From Squalus acanthias (lineage: Eukaryota), in the NCBI GenBank assembly GCA_030390025.1, contig CM059433.1, forward strand, positions 13,704,001-13,768,000: a stretch of DNA of 64,000 nt. The letters run 5' to 3'. The notes below the pieces were generated by a model. The model had not been told where the DNA came from. It made no database searches and saw only the letters and a list, made by a program, of their open reading frames with translations. The translations under genes and the position numbers were made by a program. Numbering within the stretch: the stretch's first letter is position 1; each line of letters begins with the position of its first letter. Of this stretch, positions 38,001-50,196 are shown in pieces.

Positions 38001-39035
38001 GATAGGGAAAGCAAAAGTGGTAGGGGATTCGATAATTAGGGGAACAGACAGGCGTTTCTGCCGCCGCAGATGTGACTCCAGGATGTATTGTTGCCTCCCT
38101 GGTGCCATTCTGAGGGGGGAGGGTGAACAGCCAGAGGTCGTGGTCCATATCGGTACCAACGACATAGGTAGAAAGAGGGATGAGGTTCTGCAGGCAGATT
38201 TTAGGGAGCTAGGAAAGAGATTAAAAAGCAGGATCTCAAAGGTAGTAATCTCTGGATTACTCCCGGTGCCATGCATGAGTGAGCATAGACATAGGAGGAT
38301 AGAGCAGATGAATGCGTGGCTGGAGAGATGGTGCAGGAGGGAGGGCTTCAGATTCCTGGGACATTGGGGCCAGTTCTGGGGGAGGTGGGACCTGTACAGG
38401 CTGGACGGGCTGCACATCAACAGAGCCGGAACCAATATCCTCACGGGGAGGTTTACTAGTGTTGTTGGGGAGGGTTTAAACAAAGTTGGCAGGGGGATGG
38501 GCACCAGGATGTAGCATTAAAAAGGAGGAACAAAGGGCACAAAGGATTGGGAGAGACGGATAGCACTAAAGCAAGAAATAGTAAGGTATTAGGTGGGGTC
38601 AGACTAAGAGAGAACACAGGATGGTCTAAGATAGGTTTACAGTGCATGAATGTGAACGCACAAAGCATAGTAAACAAGGTTGGTGAACTGCAGGCGCAAA
38701 TAGCCACATGGGAATATGATGTTGTGGCAATAACGGAGACCTGGCTCAAAAAAGGGGAAGATTGGGTACTAAATATTCCTGGATATAAGGTGTTCAGGAA
38801 AGATAAAGAAGGAATGATAGGAGGTGGAGTGGCAGTATTGGTTAAAGAGAATGTTAGTGCTGGAGAGAGAGGATGTCCTGGAAGGGTCAAGTACAGAATC
38901 TATATGGCTAGAGTTAAGAAATAATAGAGTTGCCTTTACACTACTAGGTGTATTCTATAGGCCACCAACTAGTGGGAAAGATATGGAGGAGCAAATTTGC
39001 AGAGAAATTACAGAGAGATGCAAGAACTATAGAGT

Positions 39036-39404
39036 CTTCTTCTTTTGTATGTTAGTAGCAAAGCAAATCAAATGTCAATATCTAAGTTGGATATCCAGGC
39101 CATAGCTTCCGGTGTAACAGCGTGGATATCTTGTAGGCTGCTTGTGAATTTCCTCTGAGGGCAGTTCTCAATGACATGCTCCAGGGTCTGATTAGGAGCT
39201 CCACAGTCACCTGATGGGGATGCTTCAGTCTTCCATCTATGGAGAAAGTGGCAGCATCTACCAGGACCGGTTCTGAGGCGGTTGATGGTTGTCCACTGTT
39301 TGCGAGGAAGGTTTGATCCTTCAGGTTGTACTTTGGGGTCCTCTATAAGGAATCCATTCCGTATGTCGCAGTTCTTCCAAGCATTTCACCATCAGTCCTC
39401 AAGG
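39036..39404 (-). mobile_element. 3' end of an I-group (Vingi/Ingi-like) non-LTR retrotransposon inserted in CR1 ORF2
   Basis: Open frame ...LPRKQWTTINRLRTGPGRCCHFLHRW...DCGAPNQTLEHVIENCP...WISNLDIDI* (zinc-knuckle-type end), an (AAG)n tail, and an 8-bp TSD TATAGAGT/TATAAAGT. Confidence 0.7.
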
Positions 39405-41547
39405 TATAAAGTAGTGATAATGGGGGACTTCAACTATCCTAATGTAGACTGGGATAGTAATAGTGTAAAGGGCAGAAAGGGGGAAGAATTTCTGAAGTGC
39501 GTTCAGGAGAACTTTCTTGATCAGTATACTTCCGGCCCAACGAGGAAGGAGGCATTGCTGGATCTGGTTCTGGGGAATGAGGTATGTCAAATGGAGCAAG
39601 TGTCAGTAGGTGAACATTTAGGGAACAGTGATCATAGTATCATAAGGTTTAGATTAGCTATGGAAAAGGACAGGGAGCAATCTAGAGTAAAAATACTTAA
39701 TTGGAGGAAGGCCAATTTCAGTGGGTTGAGAACAGATCTGGCCCGGGTAAATTAGAATCAAAGATTGGCAGGCAAGACTGTAATGGAACAATGGGCTGCC
39801 TTTAAAGAGGAAATAGTTTGGGTACAGTCGAGGTACATTCCCACTAGGGGGAAAGGTAGGGCAACTAAAATCAGAGCTCCCTAGATGATGAAAGAGATAG
39901 AGAGTAAGATAAAGCAGAAAAAGAGCGTGTATGACAGATGTCAGGTCGAGAATACATCTGAGAATCAGGCTAAATATAGAAAGTTCAGAGGAGAAGTGAA
40001 AAAGAAAATAAGAGAGGCAAAGAGAGGGTATGAGAATAGAATGGCAGCTAACATAAAAGTTAATCCAAAAGTCTTCTATAGGCATATAAATAGTAAACGG
40101 GTATTAAGAGGAGGAGTGGGGCCGATTAGGGACCACAAAGGAGACCTACGCATGGAGACAGAGGGTGTGGCTGAGGTACTAAATGAGTACTTTGCATCTG
40201 TCTTCACCAAGGAAGAAGATGCTGCCATAGACATAGTGAAGGAGGAGGTAGATGAGATACTGTATGGGCTAAAAATTAATAAAGAGGAGGTACTAGAAAG
40301 GCTGGCTGTACTTAAAGTAGATAAGTCACTAGGACCGGATGGGATGCATCCTAGGATGCTGAGGGAAGTGAAGGAAGAAATCGCGGAGGTACTGGCCATA
40401 ATCTTCCAATCCTCCTTAGATACGGGGGTGGTGCCCGAAGAATGGAGAATTGCAAATGTTACACCCTTGTTCAAAAAAGGGTGTAAAGATAAACCCAGCA
40501 ACTACAGGCCAGTCAGTTTAACCTTGGTAGTGGGGAAGCTTTTAGAAACAATAATCAGGGACAAAATTAACAGTCACTTGGACAAGTGTGGATTAATTAA
40601 GGAAAGCCAGCACAGATTTGTTAAAGGCAAATCGTGTTTAACCAACTTGATCGAGTTTTTTGATGAGGTAACAGAGAGGGTTGATGAGGGCAATGCGGTT
40701 GACGTGGTGTACATGGATTTCCAAAAGGCGTTCGACAAAGTGCCACATAATAGGCTTGCCAGCAAAGTTGAAGCCCATGGAATAAAAGGGACAGTGGCAG
40801 CATGGATATGAAATTGGCTAAGTGACAGGAAATAGAGCGTAGTGGTGAACGGTTGTTTTTCAGACTGGAGGAACATATCCAGTGGTGTTCCCCAGAGGTC
40901 GGTACTAGGACCACTGCTTTTCTTGGTATATATTAATTACTTGAATGTGGGTGTACAGAGCATAATTTCAAAATTTGCAGATGACAAAACTTGGAAGTAC
41001 AGTGAACAGTGAGGAGGATAGTGATAGACTTCAAGAGGACATAGACAGGCTGGTGGAATGGGTGGACACAGGGCAGATGAAATTTAACACAGAAAAGTGT
41101 GAAGTGATACATTTTGGTAGAAAGAATGAGGAGAGGACATATAAACTAAAGGGTACAATCCTAAAGGAGGTGCATGAATAGAGAGACCTAGGGGTATCGG
41201 TGCACAAATCGTTGAAGGTGGCAGGGCAGGTTGAGAAAGCTTACGCGATCCTGGGCTTCATGAATAGAGGTATAGAGTACAAAAACATGGAAATTATGAT
41301 GAACCTGCATAAAACACTGGTTCAGCTTTAACTGGAGTATTGTGTCCAATTCTGGGCACTGCACTTTAGGAAGGATGTGAAGGCCTTAGAGAGGGTGCAG
41401 AAAAGATTTACGATAATTATTCCAGGGATGAGGGACTTCAGTTACATGGATAGACTGGAGAAGCTGGGGTTGTTCTCCTTAGAGCAGAGAAGATTGAGAG
41501 CAGATTTGATAGAGGTGTTCAAAATCATGAGGGGTCTGGACAGAGTA

Positions 41548-41953
41548 CAGGAAACTCTTTGGTATCCGGCACCGACGGGACCGGCGTGGTGCCAGTTGAT
41601 CAAAAGTTCCGGATAACGGAGAGTTATATCTACCGAGGCTATTTTTAACAAACAAAAATCAGACTCCTGTTACTGCCGTGTTCGGACTTCCGACAGCGCC
41701 AGGAGGCCGAGTAGTGGCACTTTGGAGAACTACCCCCACTGACTAACTCGGCGTTCGCAGGAGACTCGGACTCGGACTCGGCAACATTGCCGGTTATTTG
41801 AGAGGAGTTTTCGGAGTACTCAGCGTTCGCGGGAGACTCGGACTCGGACTCGGCAACATTGCCGGTTATTTGAGAGGAGTTTTCGGAGTATGATTTTTGC
41901 CGGTTAAGAGAGAATTCCGGATATTTAGGTGTCGGTTAAACAAGAGTTTCCTG
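41548..41953. mobile_element. Young Tc1/mariner-Tigger/pogo-type MITE with an internal 72-bp tandem duplication
   Basis: TIR CAGGAAACTCTT/AAGAGTTTCCTG and TA TSD. Removing it restores CR1 DRV-DRE. The duplication is 41746-41817 and 41818-41889. Confidence 0.9.
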
Positions 41954-43339
41954 TAGATAGAGAGAAACTGTTCCCATTGGCAGAAGGGTCGAGAACCAGA
42001 GGACACAGAATTAAGGTGATTGGCAGAAGAACCAAAGGTGACATGAGGAAAAACTTTATTACTCAGCGAGTGGTTAGGATCTGCAATGCAATGCCTGAAA
42101 GGGTAATGGAAGCAGACTCAATCACCACTTTAAAAAGGGAGTTGGATAATTACCTGAAGGAAAAAAAAATTGCAGGGCCAAGGGGAAAGTGCGGGGGAGT
42201 GAGACCAGCTGAAGTGCTCTTGCAGAGAGCCGGCACAGGCTTGACAGGCTGAATAATCTTCTTCCGTGCTGTAACCATCCTACGATTCTATGCTTCTATC
42301 CTAATGGAATGATAGGAACTGTATCTCGACAGCTGTTGAAAGAAGATCTTCAGTCATATTAAATTGTAATATCCAGACATTTAATGACTCTTAACCTGCT
42401 TATATAAGAATCTGCGGATGGGGATTGGATTGGCATCACTTGGGCACTAGAGGTAAGTTCTGAGCAATGCACAGCTGTCTTGCGTTGGCATTTCACATTA
42501 AAACTGAATGAAATACGCCAACTCGATAGCTGAGCTCTGATTAAAATTAAGCCCCAGGACGTTGGCTACTGAAGAAACACACTCTTGCATAGTTTACCAA
42601 AATAAATTTGGATTAGGAACATTTGCAATCATTGCAAAACCACAACTGAGTATCATTTATTGTAATTAGTTGGGCAGTACAGTTAAGCATGGTAGATCAT
42701 TGTTAGCGCTATGTTGCAATTCACTAGCGTAGGGTTCAAATGTGCATTGGTTATGACACATGACAAATTCTCAATCATCAAGCTTTCAGTGAAAATTAGA
42801 TCCTTGGGGCAAGAAGGGAGAACTGCAGGATGAATCACCCTGCTCTATCTTTTTTATTATTAACCAATTGTTGGACACATCATGCAATTTTTGACTGCAT
42901 TTGTTTCTTTATGCCTTTCGTATCAATTGCCTTTGTCATAATTCATGCCTGATCCAGTGCTGCAGTCTAATTATAGGCCCTGGTTTTCCACGGAGCTGGT
43001 CCCGATCGTCTTCTGTAACTTCAGCGGGCGATTGACACAGACCCCCTGAAAAATGGTGTAAACGGCCGGTTGTGTTAATTTACCAGGGAGGTCCGCTGAT
43101 CTCGTACTGAAGGTGTGGCAGGAGATTGGGAGAACCCTGCGGAAATTCAGGGTCCCCCTCTTTACTGGAAGTGACCTGCCAGCTCAAATAGAGAAAACTT
43201 TCCCCTTTGTGGTTAATACAGTTCTTTGGGTGATAATTGGTTATTTGGTCCCACCCAAAGATAAGAATGGGATTTTTCCACTGTTGAACATGGTAATTTT
43301 CTGCCATTGATAAATTAAGCCATCCATGGAATGTAATAA

Positions 43340-46300
43340 TGAAAATGGGGGAAAAGGAGGGGGAGTAGCCCTGATAATAAAGGATGACATAAGGACAGTA
43401 GAGTGAAAGGATCTCGGCTCGGAAGATCAGGACGTGGAATCAGTATGGGTGGAGATAAGGAATAACAAGGGGCAGAAAATATTGGTGGGAGTAGTATATA
43501 GGCCCCCTAACAGTAGCTATACCGTTGGACAGAATATTAATCAAGAAATAGTAGGAGCTTGTTACAAAGGTAATGCAATAATCGTGGGGGACTGTAATCT
43601 TCAGATAGACTGGACAAATCAAATTGACAAAGGTAGTCTGGAGGACGAGTTCATGGAATGCATTCGGGACAGTTTCTTAGAACAATACGTCATGGAACCA
43701 ACCAGGGAACAGGCTATTTTAGACCCTGTATTGTGTAATGAGACAGGGTTAATTAGCAATCTCATAGTAAAGGATCCTCTGGGGCAGAGTGATCATAATA
43801 TGATAGAATTTTGCATTAAGTTTGAGAGTGACTTGCCTAAGTCCGAAACTAGAGTCTTAAATTTAAATAAAGCCAATTATATAGTATTGAGGGGCGAGTT
43901 GGCTAAGTTAGATTGGAAAAATAGATTAAAAGGAATGGCGGTAGATAAGCAGTGGCTAGCATTTAAAGAAATATTTAATAATTCTCAACAAAAATACATT
44001 CCAATGAGAAACAAAATCTCCATGGGAAAAGTGATCCAACCGTGGCTAACTAAAGAAGTTAAGGATAGCATTAGATTGAAAGAAGAAGCTTATAATGTTG
44101 TGAATAATAGCAGTAAGCCTTAGGATTGGGAGAGTTTCAGAAACCAGCAAAAGATGACCAAAAAATTGATAGAAAGGGAAAAAATAGAATATGAGAGAAA
44201 ACTAGCAAGAAATATAAAAGCAGATTGCAAGAGCTTCTACAAGTATGTAAAAAGGAAGAGAGTAGCTAAAGTAAATGTTGGTTCCTTAGAGGCTGAGACA
44301 GGAGAAATTATTATGGGGAATAAGGAAATGGCAGAAACGTTAAACAAATATTTTGTATCTGTCTTCACAATAGAAGACACAAAAAGCATACCAAAAATGG
44401 TGGGGAACCAAGGGTCTAATGAGGGTGAGGAACTTAACGTAACTAATATAAGTAGAGAAAAAGTACTAGAGAAACTAATGGGACTAAAAGCTGACAAATC
44501 CCCTGGATCTGATGGCCTACATCTTAGGGTTCTAAAAGAGGTGGCTGAAGAGATAGTGGATGCATTGGTTTTGATCTTCCAAAATTCCCTAGATTCTAGA
44601 ACGGCCCCAGCGGATTGGAAGGTCGCAAATGTAACACGGCTGTTCAAGAAAGGAGGGAGAGAAAAAACAGGGAACTACAGGCTAGTTAGCCTGACATCAG
44701 TTGTCGGGGAAAATGCTGGAATCCATTGTTAAGGAAGTGGTATCAGGGCACTTAGAAAATCATAACATGATTAGGCAGAGTCAACATGGTTTTATGAAAG
44801 GGAAATCGTGTTTGACAAATTTATTAGAGTTTTTTGAGGATGTAACTAGCAGGGTAGATAAAGGGGAAGCAGTGGATGTAGTATATTTGGATTTCCAAAA
44901 GGCATTCGATAAAGTGCCACATAAAAGATTATTACACAAGATTAGGGCTCATGGGGTTGGGGGTAATATAATAGCATAGATAGAGGATTGGTTAACAGAC
45001 AGAAAACAGAGAGTAGGGATAAACGGATCTTTTTCAGGTTGGCAGGCTGTAACTAGTGGAGTGCCGCAAGGATCAGTGTTGGGGCCTCAGCTATTTAAAA
45101 TCTATATTAAGGACCTAGATGAAGAGACCGAGTATAATGTATCCAAGTTTGCTGATAATACAAAGCTAGGTGGCACAGTAATCTGTGAGGAGAACACAAA
45201 GGGGGAAAATTTGGTTGGTTTGCACCTCCCATTAGCGCCTTAAGAGGGCGATAATGGGGTGCAAAGCAACTAACACCCAGGTGCAGCGATGTTTGCGCCG
45301 CTCGTGAAATTGACCAGACATTTTGCGGCGGCGCTAAACACTACCGCCACGATCTCCTGCGCCCGCAGATCGTGACATCAATCAAGCGTGCAACGCCCTG
45401 GTAGCGCTCCGGACTGGATATTGAGTGGCGCCCCCTGCCTTACCGCCTGCCGCTAGCAACGACAGGTTGAGGGGAGCATTTTGCAGTTGGGAAGGGATTG
45501 GGGGAGCGCTTTTTAAAGGCGACCGGTTCCTGCCTTTTTTCTCGGCGACATTTTTGCACCACACATTCTGAGTGAGAGAGAGAGACTTCTGGAGATATTC
45601 AACGCTGTGTTGAGGAGTTTTGGGTACTGAGCAGTACTTTGCAGGTTCATTTTGATTTGATCATCCTTGCATCAATTTAGAAGAGACTATGGGGGCTGCA
45701 CTCTGACATCTTTCCCTGGGCCTCTCCATTGTTCTTTCCTGCAGATTTGATGTACAGGTCTCTCCAGGCCGAGATTCAAGGCTTCAATGAGCAGGGTGTG
45801 GATGGAGAGCAAGATCGAGCCTTCCCTTTAAGAACTGGCCAGTGCCAGTGTGTCTGTGTTCCATTGCTGACTGACATCACATGAGCTTCGCCAGCGCTCT
45901 GAGATAGCGCCTCGCTCCTCAGTGTTAGCGCCTTAAGAGAGGTGTGTAGCGCTTGATTTAGCGCTCCAATCACCTCCAGGGGCGATAGAAGCCAAGTTTG
46001 CAGTCAGAGGCGATAACTGGCGGCAGGCGCTAAACTTTGCGCCCAGACGATAATTGCGCCCCAAACGGGGCGATACCGAATTTCTCCCCCAAAGAGTCTG
46101 CAAAGGGATATAGATAGACTAAGTGAGTGGGCAGTAAGGTGGCAGATGGAGTATAATGTAGGGAAATGTGAGGTTATTCACTTTAGTAGGAAGAATAGAA
46201 AAACAGAATTTTTTTAAATGGTGAGAAACTTTCAAATGTTGGTATTCAGAGAGATTTGGGTGACCTCCTGCAAGAAACACAGAAAGCTAGCATGCAGGTA

Positions 46301-46968
46301 CAGCAAGCAATAAGGAAGGCAAATGGCATGTTGGCCTTTATTGCAAGTGGATTGGAGTATAAGAATAAAGAAGTCTTGCTACAATTGTAAAGGGCCTTCG
46401 TGAGACCACACCTGGAGTACTGTGCACAGTTTTGGTCTCCTTATCTAAGGAAGGATATACTTGCCTTGGAGGCGGTGCAAAAAAGGTTCACTGGATTGAT
46501 TCCTGGGATGAGAGGGCTGTCCTATGATGAGAGATTGTGTAGAATGAGCCTATACTCTCTGGAGTTTAGAAGAATGGGAGGTGATCTCTTTGAAACATAC
46601 AAGATTCTGAAGGGGATTGACAGGGTAGATGCTGAGAGGTTGTTTCCCCTGGCTGGAGAGTCTAGAACTAGGGGGCATAGTCTCAGGATAAGGGGTAGGT
46701 CATTTAAGACCGAGATGAGGAGGAATTTCTTCACTCAGAGGGTTGTGAATCTTTGGAATTCTCTACCCCAGATGCTGTGAATGCTGAGTCTTTGAGTATA
46801 TTCAAGGCTGAGATGGATAGATTTTCGGACTCTCGGGGAATCAAGGGATATGGAGATTGGGCGGGAAAGTGGAGTTGAGGTCGATGATCAGCCATGATCT
46901 TATTGAATGGCGGAGCAGGCTCGAGGGGCCATATGGCCTACTCCTGCTCTTATTTCTTATGTTCTTAT
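43340..46968 (+). mobile_element. 5'-truncated CR1 LINE (ORF2 EN-RT plus 3'UTR)
   Basis: ORFs 43434-45243 and 46400-46780 carry APE/RT motifs, and there is a TTCTTATG tail. Interrupted by the family A MITE. Confidence 0.92.
45201..46090. mobile_element. PIF/Harbinger-type element, family A, inserted in CR1 ORF2
   Basis: GGGGGAAAATTT...AATTTCTCCCCC termini and TSD AAA. Removing it restores the LINE frame EENTK-SLQRDIDRLSEWA. Confidence 0.88.
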
Positions 46969-47296
46969 GAAACAGCTTAAGAACTGAATTGATGCCTTTG
47001 ATTTTTGTTAATGAGTATGATCACTGAAAGAAGATGGGATGTGAACAGAAAATGCTGGAAATACAGAGCACATCAATCAGCATTTGGAAGTGAAACATCA
47101 GTAACACTTTGAATATGATACTTCAACAGAATCAGAAGTGCTCACTCCTTGAAATGTTAATTATCTGTTTGTTTTCAAATGCTGACTAACCTGTTGTGCA
47201 TCACATTGGCACAGATATCACGAGTTATCCCCTCAAACTTTCCCTACATTACAGTGTTGTTGGAAGATTGCAACTATTTTTGATGCTGTACATATT

Positions 47297-47957
47297 GGCC
47301 TGTATTTTCCGATCGCAGGCCTCCCGCGGGCGGAGGCCTGCGATCTGGAAAAATCTGCGCCCTTACCTGAGGGCTCCCGCGATGCACACGCTTCCGCTCC
47401 TGGGCCTCACCAAACTTGAAGTGCGCAGGGCCCAGGTATCCCAGGGGTGCATGTAGTTCGCAGCCTGTCAAATATATGAATGGAGATCAATGAAAAAACA
47501 TAGTAAAAATTTAAATAAATTTTAAATTTTTTAAATGACTTGAAATTACAATAAATTAAGTATTTTAAACAAAAATTTAATTTTTTGAAAAAAATAATTC
47601 AAGTTTTTTACGGGGCTAAAAATAAACTTACCTTTTTTTAAAGTATTTTAAAATGATAAATCAGTGAATTTTTTAAAAAACTTTTTTTTCAACTCTTATC
47701 CTGGTAAAAGCAGGCCTTACGTCTGCTTTTACCAGGCGTCAGAATTGTAAGGGTCTTCTGCGGGCGGAGGGTCTCCAAAAAGCGGAACTCTCCACCCGCA
47801 GAGGCCCTTCTCCAGGGCAGCCGGAGGATCTGTCAAGACCATTCTTGACAGATCGGAAATGCCGGTTTTCAGCGCATACCTGAAACCGGCATTTCTGATG
47901 TCCCTACGGGTGCGTACAATGCGCGTACCCACCCATAGGGATCGGAATATCTGGGCC
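47297..47957. mobile_element. Harbinger-type MITE related to family B
   Basis: Imperfect 18-bp TIR GGCCTGTATTTTCCGATC/GATCGGAATATCTGGGCC, TSD ATT and an AT-rich core. Confidence 0.8.
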
Positions 47958-48679
47958 ATTGCTTTCTAAAATGGTTTCAGAGAGGAGAGATGTTACAGGA
48001 TTGGTACCAGAATAGGAGGGAGATAAAAATAGTTGAGCAGACCATGAAGGAAGATGCAACTGATAGATAAAGCTGGATGGGCATAACCTTTCCTTATTTG
48101 AAGCTTATGTTTCCAGAGCTAATGGAAAATATTCTTCAGTAGCTTTTTCATCCATTCTACTTTCAACCTTTTTCACTTATTTTGTTTTTCAAGAAACAAT
48201 ATCCCCTGTGCTTGCATCATTCTACAGCCTTTAAAGTCAGCAATAAATAGTACACATTTTTTCAGATTTTTTTTTAAAAACCTGCAGCATTCAACCAATT
48301 GATGGTGTGCATTAGTGTGATATGATTTTTTTTTTCACAATTGATGATTCAACTACATAAAGAATGAACAAAATTGCAAGCATATTATATAAAGGTTAAG
48401 TTCACAGCTGTGAAAGTTGATATCATATCGGAGGCATCAGCTATTCTATTTATATGATGAAAGTACAGAGAAATGGCAGCACTCATTGTTTTATCAGGAA
48501 CTTCCTCATCAGTTTAAGCTACGTTTTAATATGGATGCTTTCAGCTACAGAGAAACCGTGGTCGCTGACAGAGACCAGTGTTGAAGTCTGTAATACCATT
48601 TGTCTTAGAAAAGTGAGGGTAAATTTCCCGCTTTGACTCTCCTGACACAGAACTGCGTCCACTGGAAACACAAATCTAG

Positions 48680-49440
48680 GGTGTCAGCCTTGGCTTGGTG
48701 GGAGGACTCCCACCTCTCAGCCAAAAGGTTGTGGGTTCAAGCCCCAGTCCAGGCACTTGAGCACACAATTTAAGCTGACACTTCAGTGCAGTACTGAGGG
48801 AGTGCTGCACTGTTTGAGGAGCCATCTTTCAGATACAGGAAACTCTTTGGTATCCGGCACCGACGGGACCGGCGTGGTGCCGGTTGATCAAAAGTTCCGG
48901 ATAACGGAGAGTTATATCTACCGAGGCTATTTTTAACAAACAAAAATCAGACTCCTGTTACTGCCGTGTTTGGACTTCCGACAGCGCCAGGAGGCCGAGT
49001 AGTGGCACTTTGGAGAACTACCCCCACTGACTAACTCGGCGTTCGCGGGAGACTCGGACTCGGACTCGGCAACATTGCCGGTTATTTGAGAGGAGTTTTC
49101 GGAGTATGATTTTTGCCGGTTAAGAGAGAATTCCGGATATTTAGGCGCCGGTTAAACAAGAGTTTCCTGTACAATGTTAAACTGAGACCCTGTCTGCCTT
49201 CTTATTTGGATGTAAAAGATCCAATGGCACTATTTGGAGAGGAGCAGGGAAGTTCTCCTGGTATCCAGGTCAACAGGTTTCCCTCAACCAAAACCTCCAA
49301 AACAAATGATCTCATCAGTTATCTCATTGCTGCTTGTGGGATCCTGCTGTGCGCAAATTGGCTGCTGCGTTTGCTTACATTGCAACAGTGACTACACGTC
49401 AAAAGATCCTTCATTGGCTTTGAAGCGCTTTGGGTTGTCC
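48680..49440 (+). mobile_element. Deu-domain SINE split by the TA-flanked MITE
   Basis: tRNA-like head with GGTTCAAGCCC; the Deu core resumes after 49171. Confidence 0.8.
48836..49169. mobile_element. Second copy of the TA-flanked MITE (334 bp), inserted in a SINE
   Basis: Same TIRs and TA TSD. It differs from the first copy by only a few substitutions, mostly CpG-type. Confidence 0.9.
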
Positions 49441-49607
49441 TGGTTTGCTTCCAATATACGCTCCTGGTAGATGCGGGTCGGTGCCAGGAGCATCCCACTG
49501 GAAAATTTACTCTAGAATTCGAAGTGCATTTGAATATTTGACCTTGTCGCAAGTGTTTTCCTGTTCTAGCTTTCTGCATTACTCGGGCCCTGGACGATGG
49601 GTGAATA

Positions 49608-49789
49608 AGGGCAAAAAGTGGGTCGCTAACTTCGCAGGGGCGCTAAAAGTAGCGCCTCATAAAAGTTAGCGTCCCAGCGCCCGAAATTCGATGGTAGCGC
49701 CCCAAGCAGGAGGCGGGGCACTACTGGAAGTGCTCCCCCTCCCCCTTAGGGCGCTAACGGGAGGCGCAAAGCAACCGAATTTTGCCCCC
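49608..49789. mobile_element. ~180-bp internally deleted MITE related to families A/C
   Basis: GGGCAAAA...GAATTTTGCCCCC termini. Shares GTAGCGCCCCAAGCAGGAGG and GGCGCTAACGGGAGGCGCAAA blocks with family C. Confidence 0.65.
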
Positions 49790-50196
49790 TTATACATGTA
49801 ACTGGGCTTGAGTTACATGTATTAATGGAGATCTGACAGGGAAGTGTTCTACATTTATTAACAGTGCGGCATGTTTGGGAAGAAATTAGTCAGACTTAAT
49901 TATGAGTAACAATGTTTTAAAGATAATGCTTAAGTTATAACTTACACGCTATTGCTAGGTGGAGCTGTTCTTCCTTATGATTGCTTACACAGTATGTAGC
50001 GATGCAAGGAGCGAATGGCCTCTGCTTTGAGTCAAGGTAGAGGATACGAGTCAATGTGAAATGAATCCACATGTATCAATGTTCAAATTACATTGAATAG
50101 GAGGTTATCATAATTGGATGAATAAAAAGAAAAGAAAATGCAACTACTGGAAAGCGAAAATTAGAATACAAAATGCTGGAAATACACAGCAGGTCA

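Larger units (their letters stand above)
37160..42295 (+). mobile_element. Near-full-length CR1-clade LINE, inactivated
   Basis: 5'UTR with a duplicated ~55-bp unit. ORF1 from 37566 has a Cys-rich finger, a coiled coil and an SGNH esterase (VVGDSI, HIGTND, DGLH). ORF2 has an APE endonuclease (NAQS, ETWL, GDFN, SDH) and RT (NYRPVSL, DFQKAFD, FADD). The tail is short repeats. Stops, frameshifts and two nested insertions are present. Confidence 0.92.

Noticed and set aside
39885..40811. 308-aa RT-region ORF as an active retrotransposon gene
   Set aside because: It is a fragment of CR1 ORF2 bounded by premature stops, and the element carries two insertions.
41746..41889. Direct repeats suggestive of a CRISPR-like array
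   Set aside because: It is a simple 72-bp tandem duplication inside a MITE, with no unique spacers, in a eukaryotic context.
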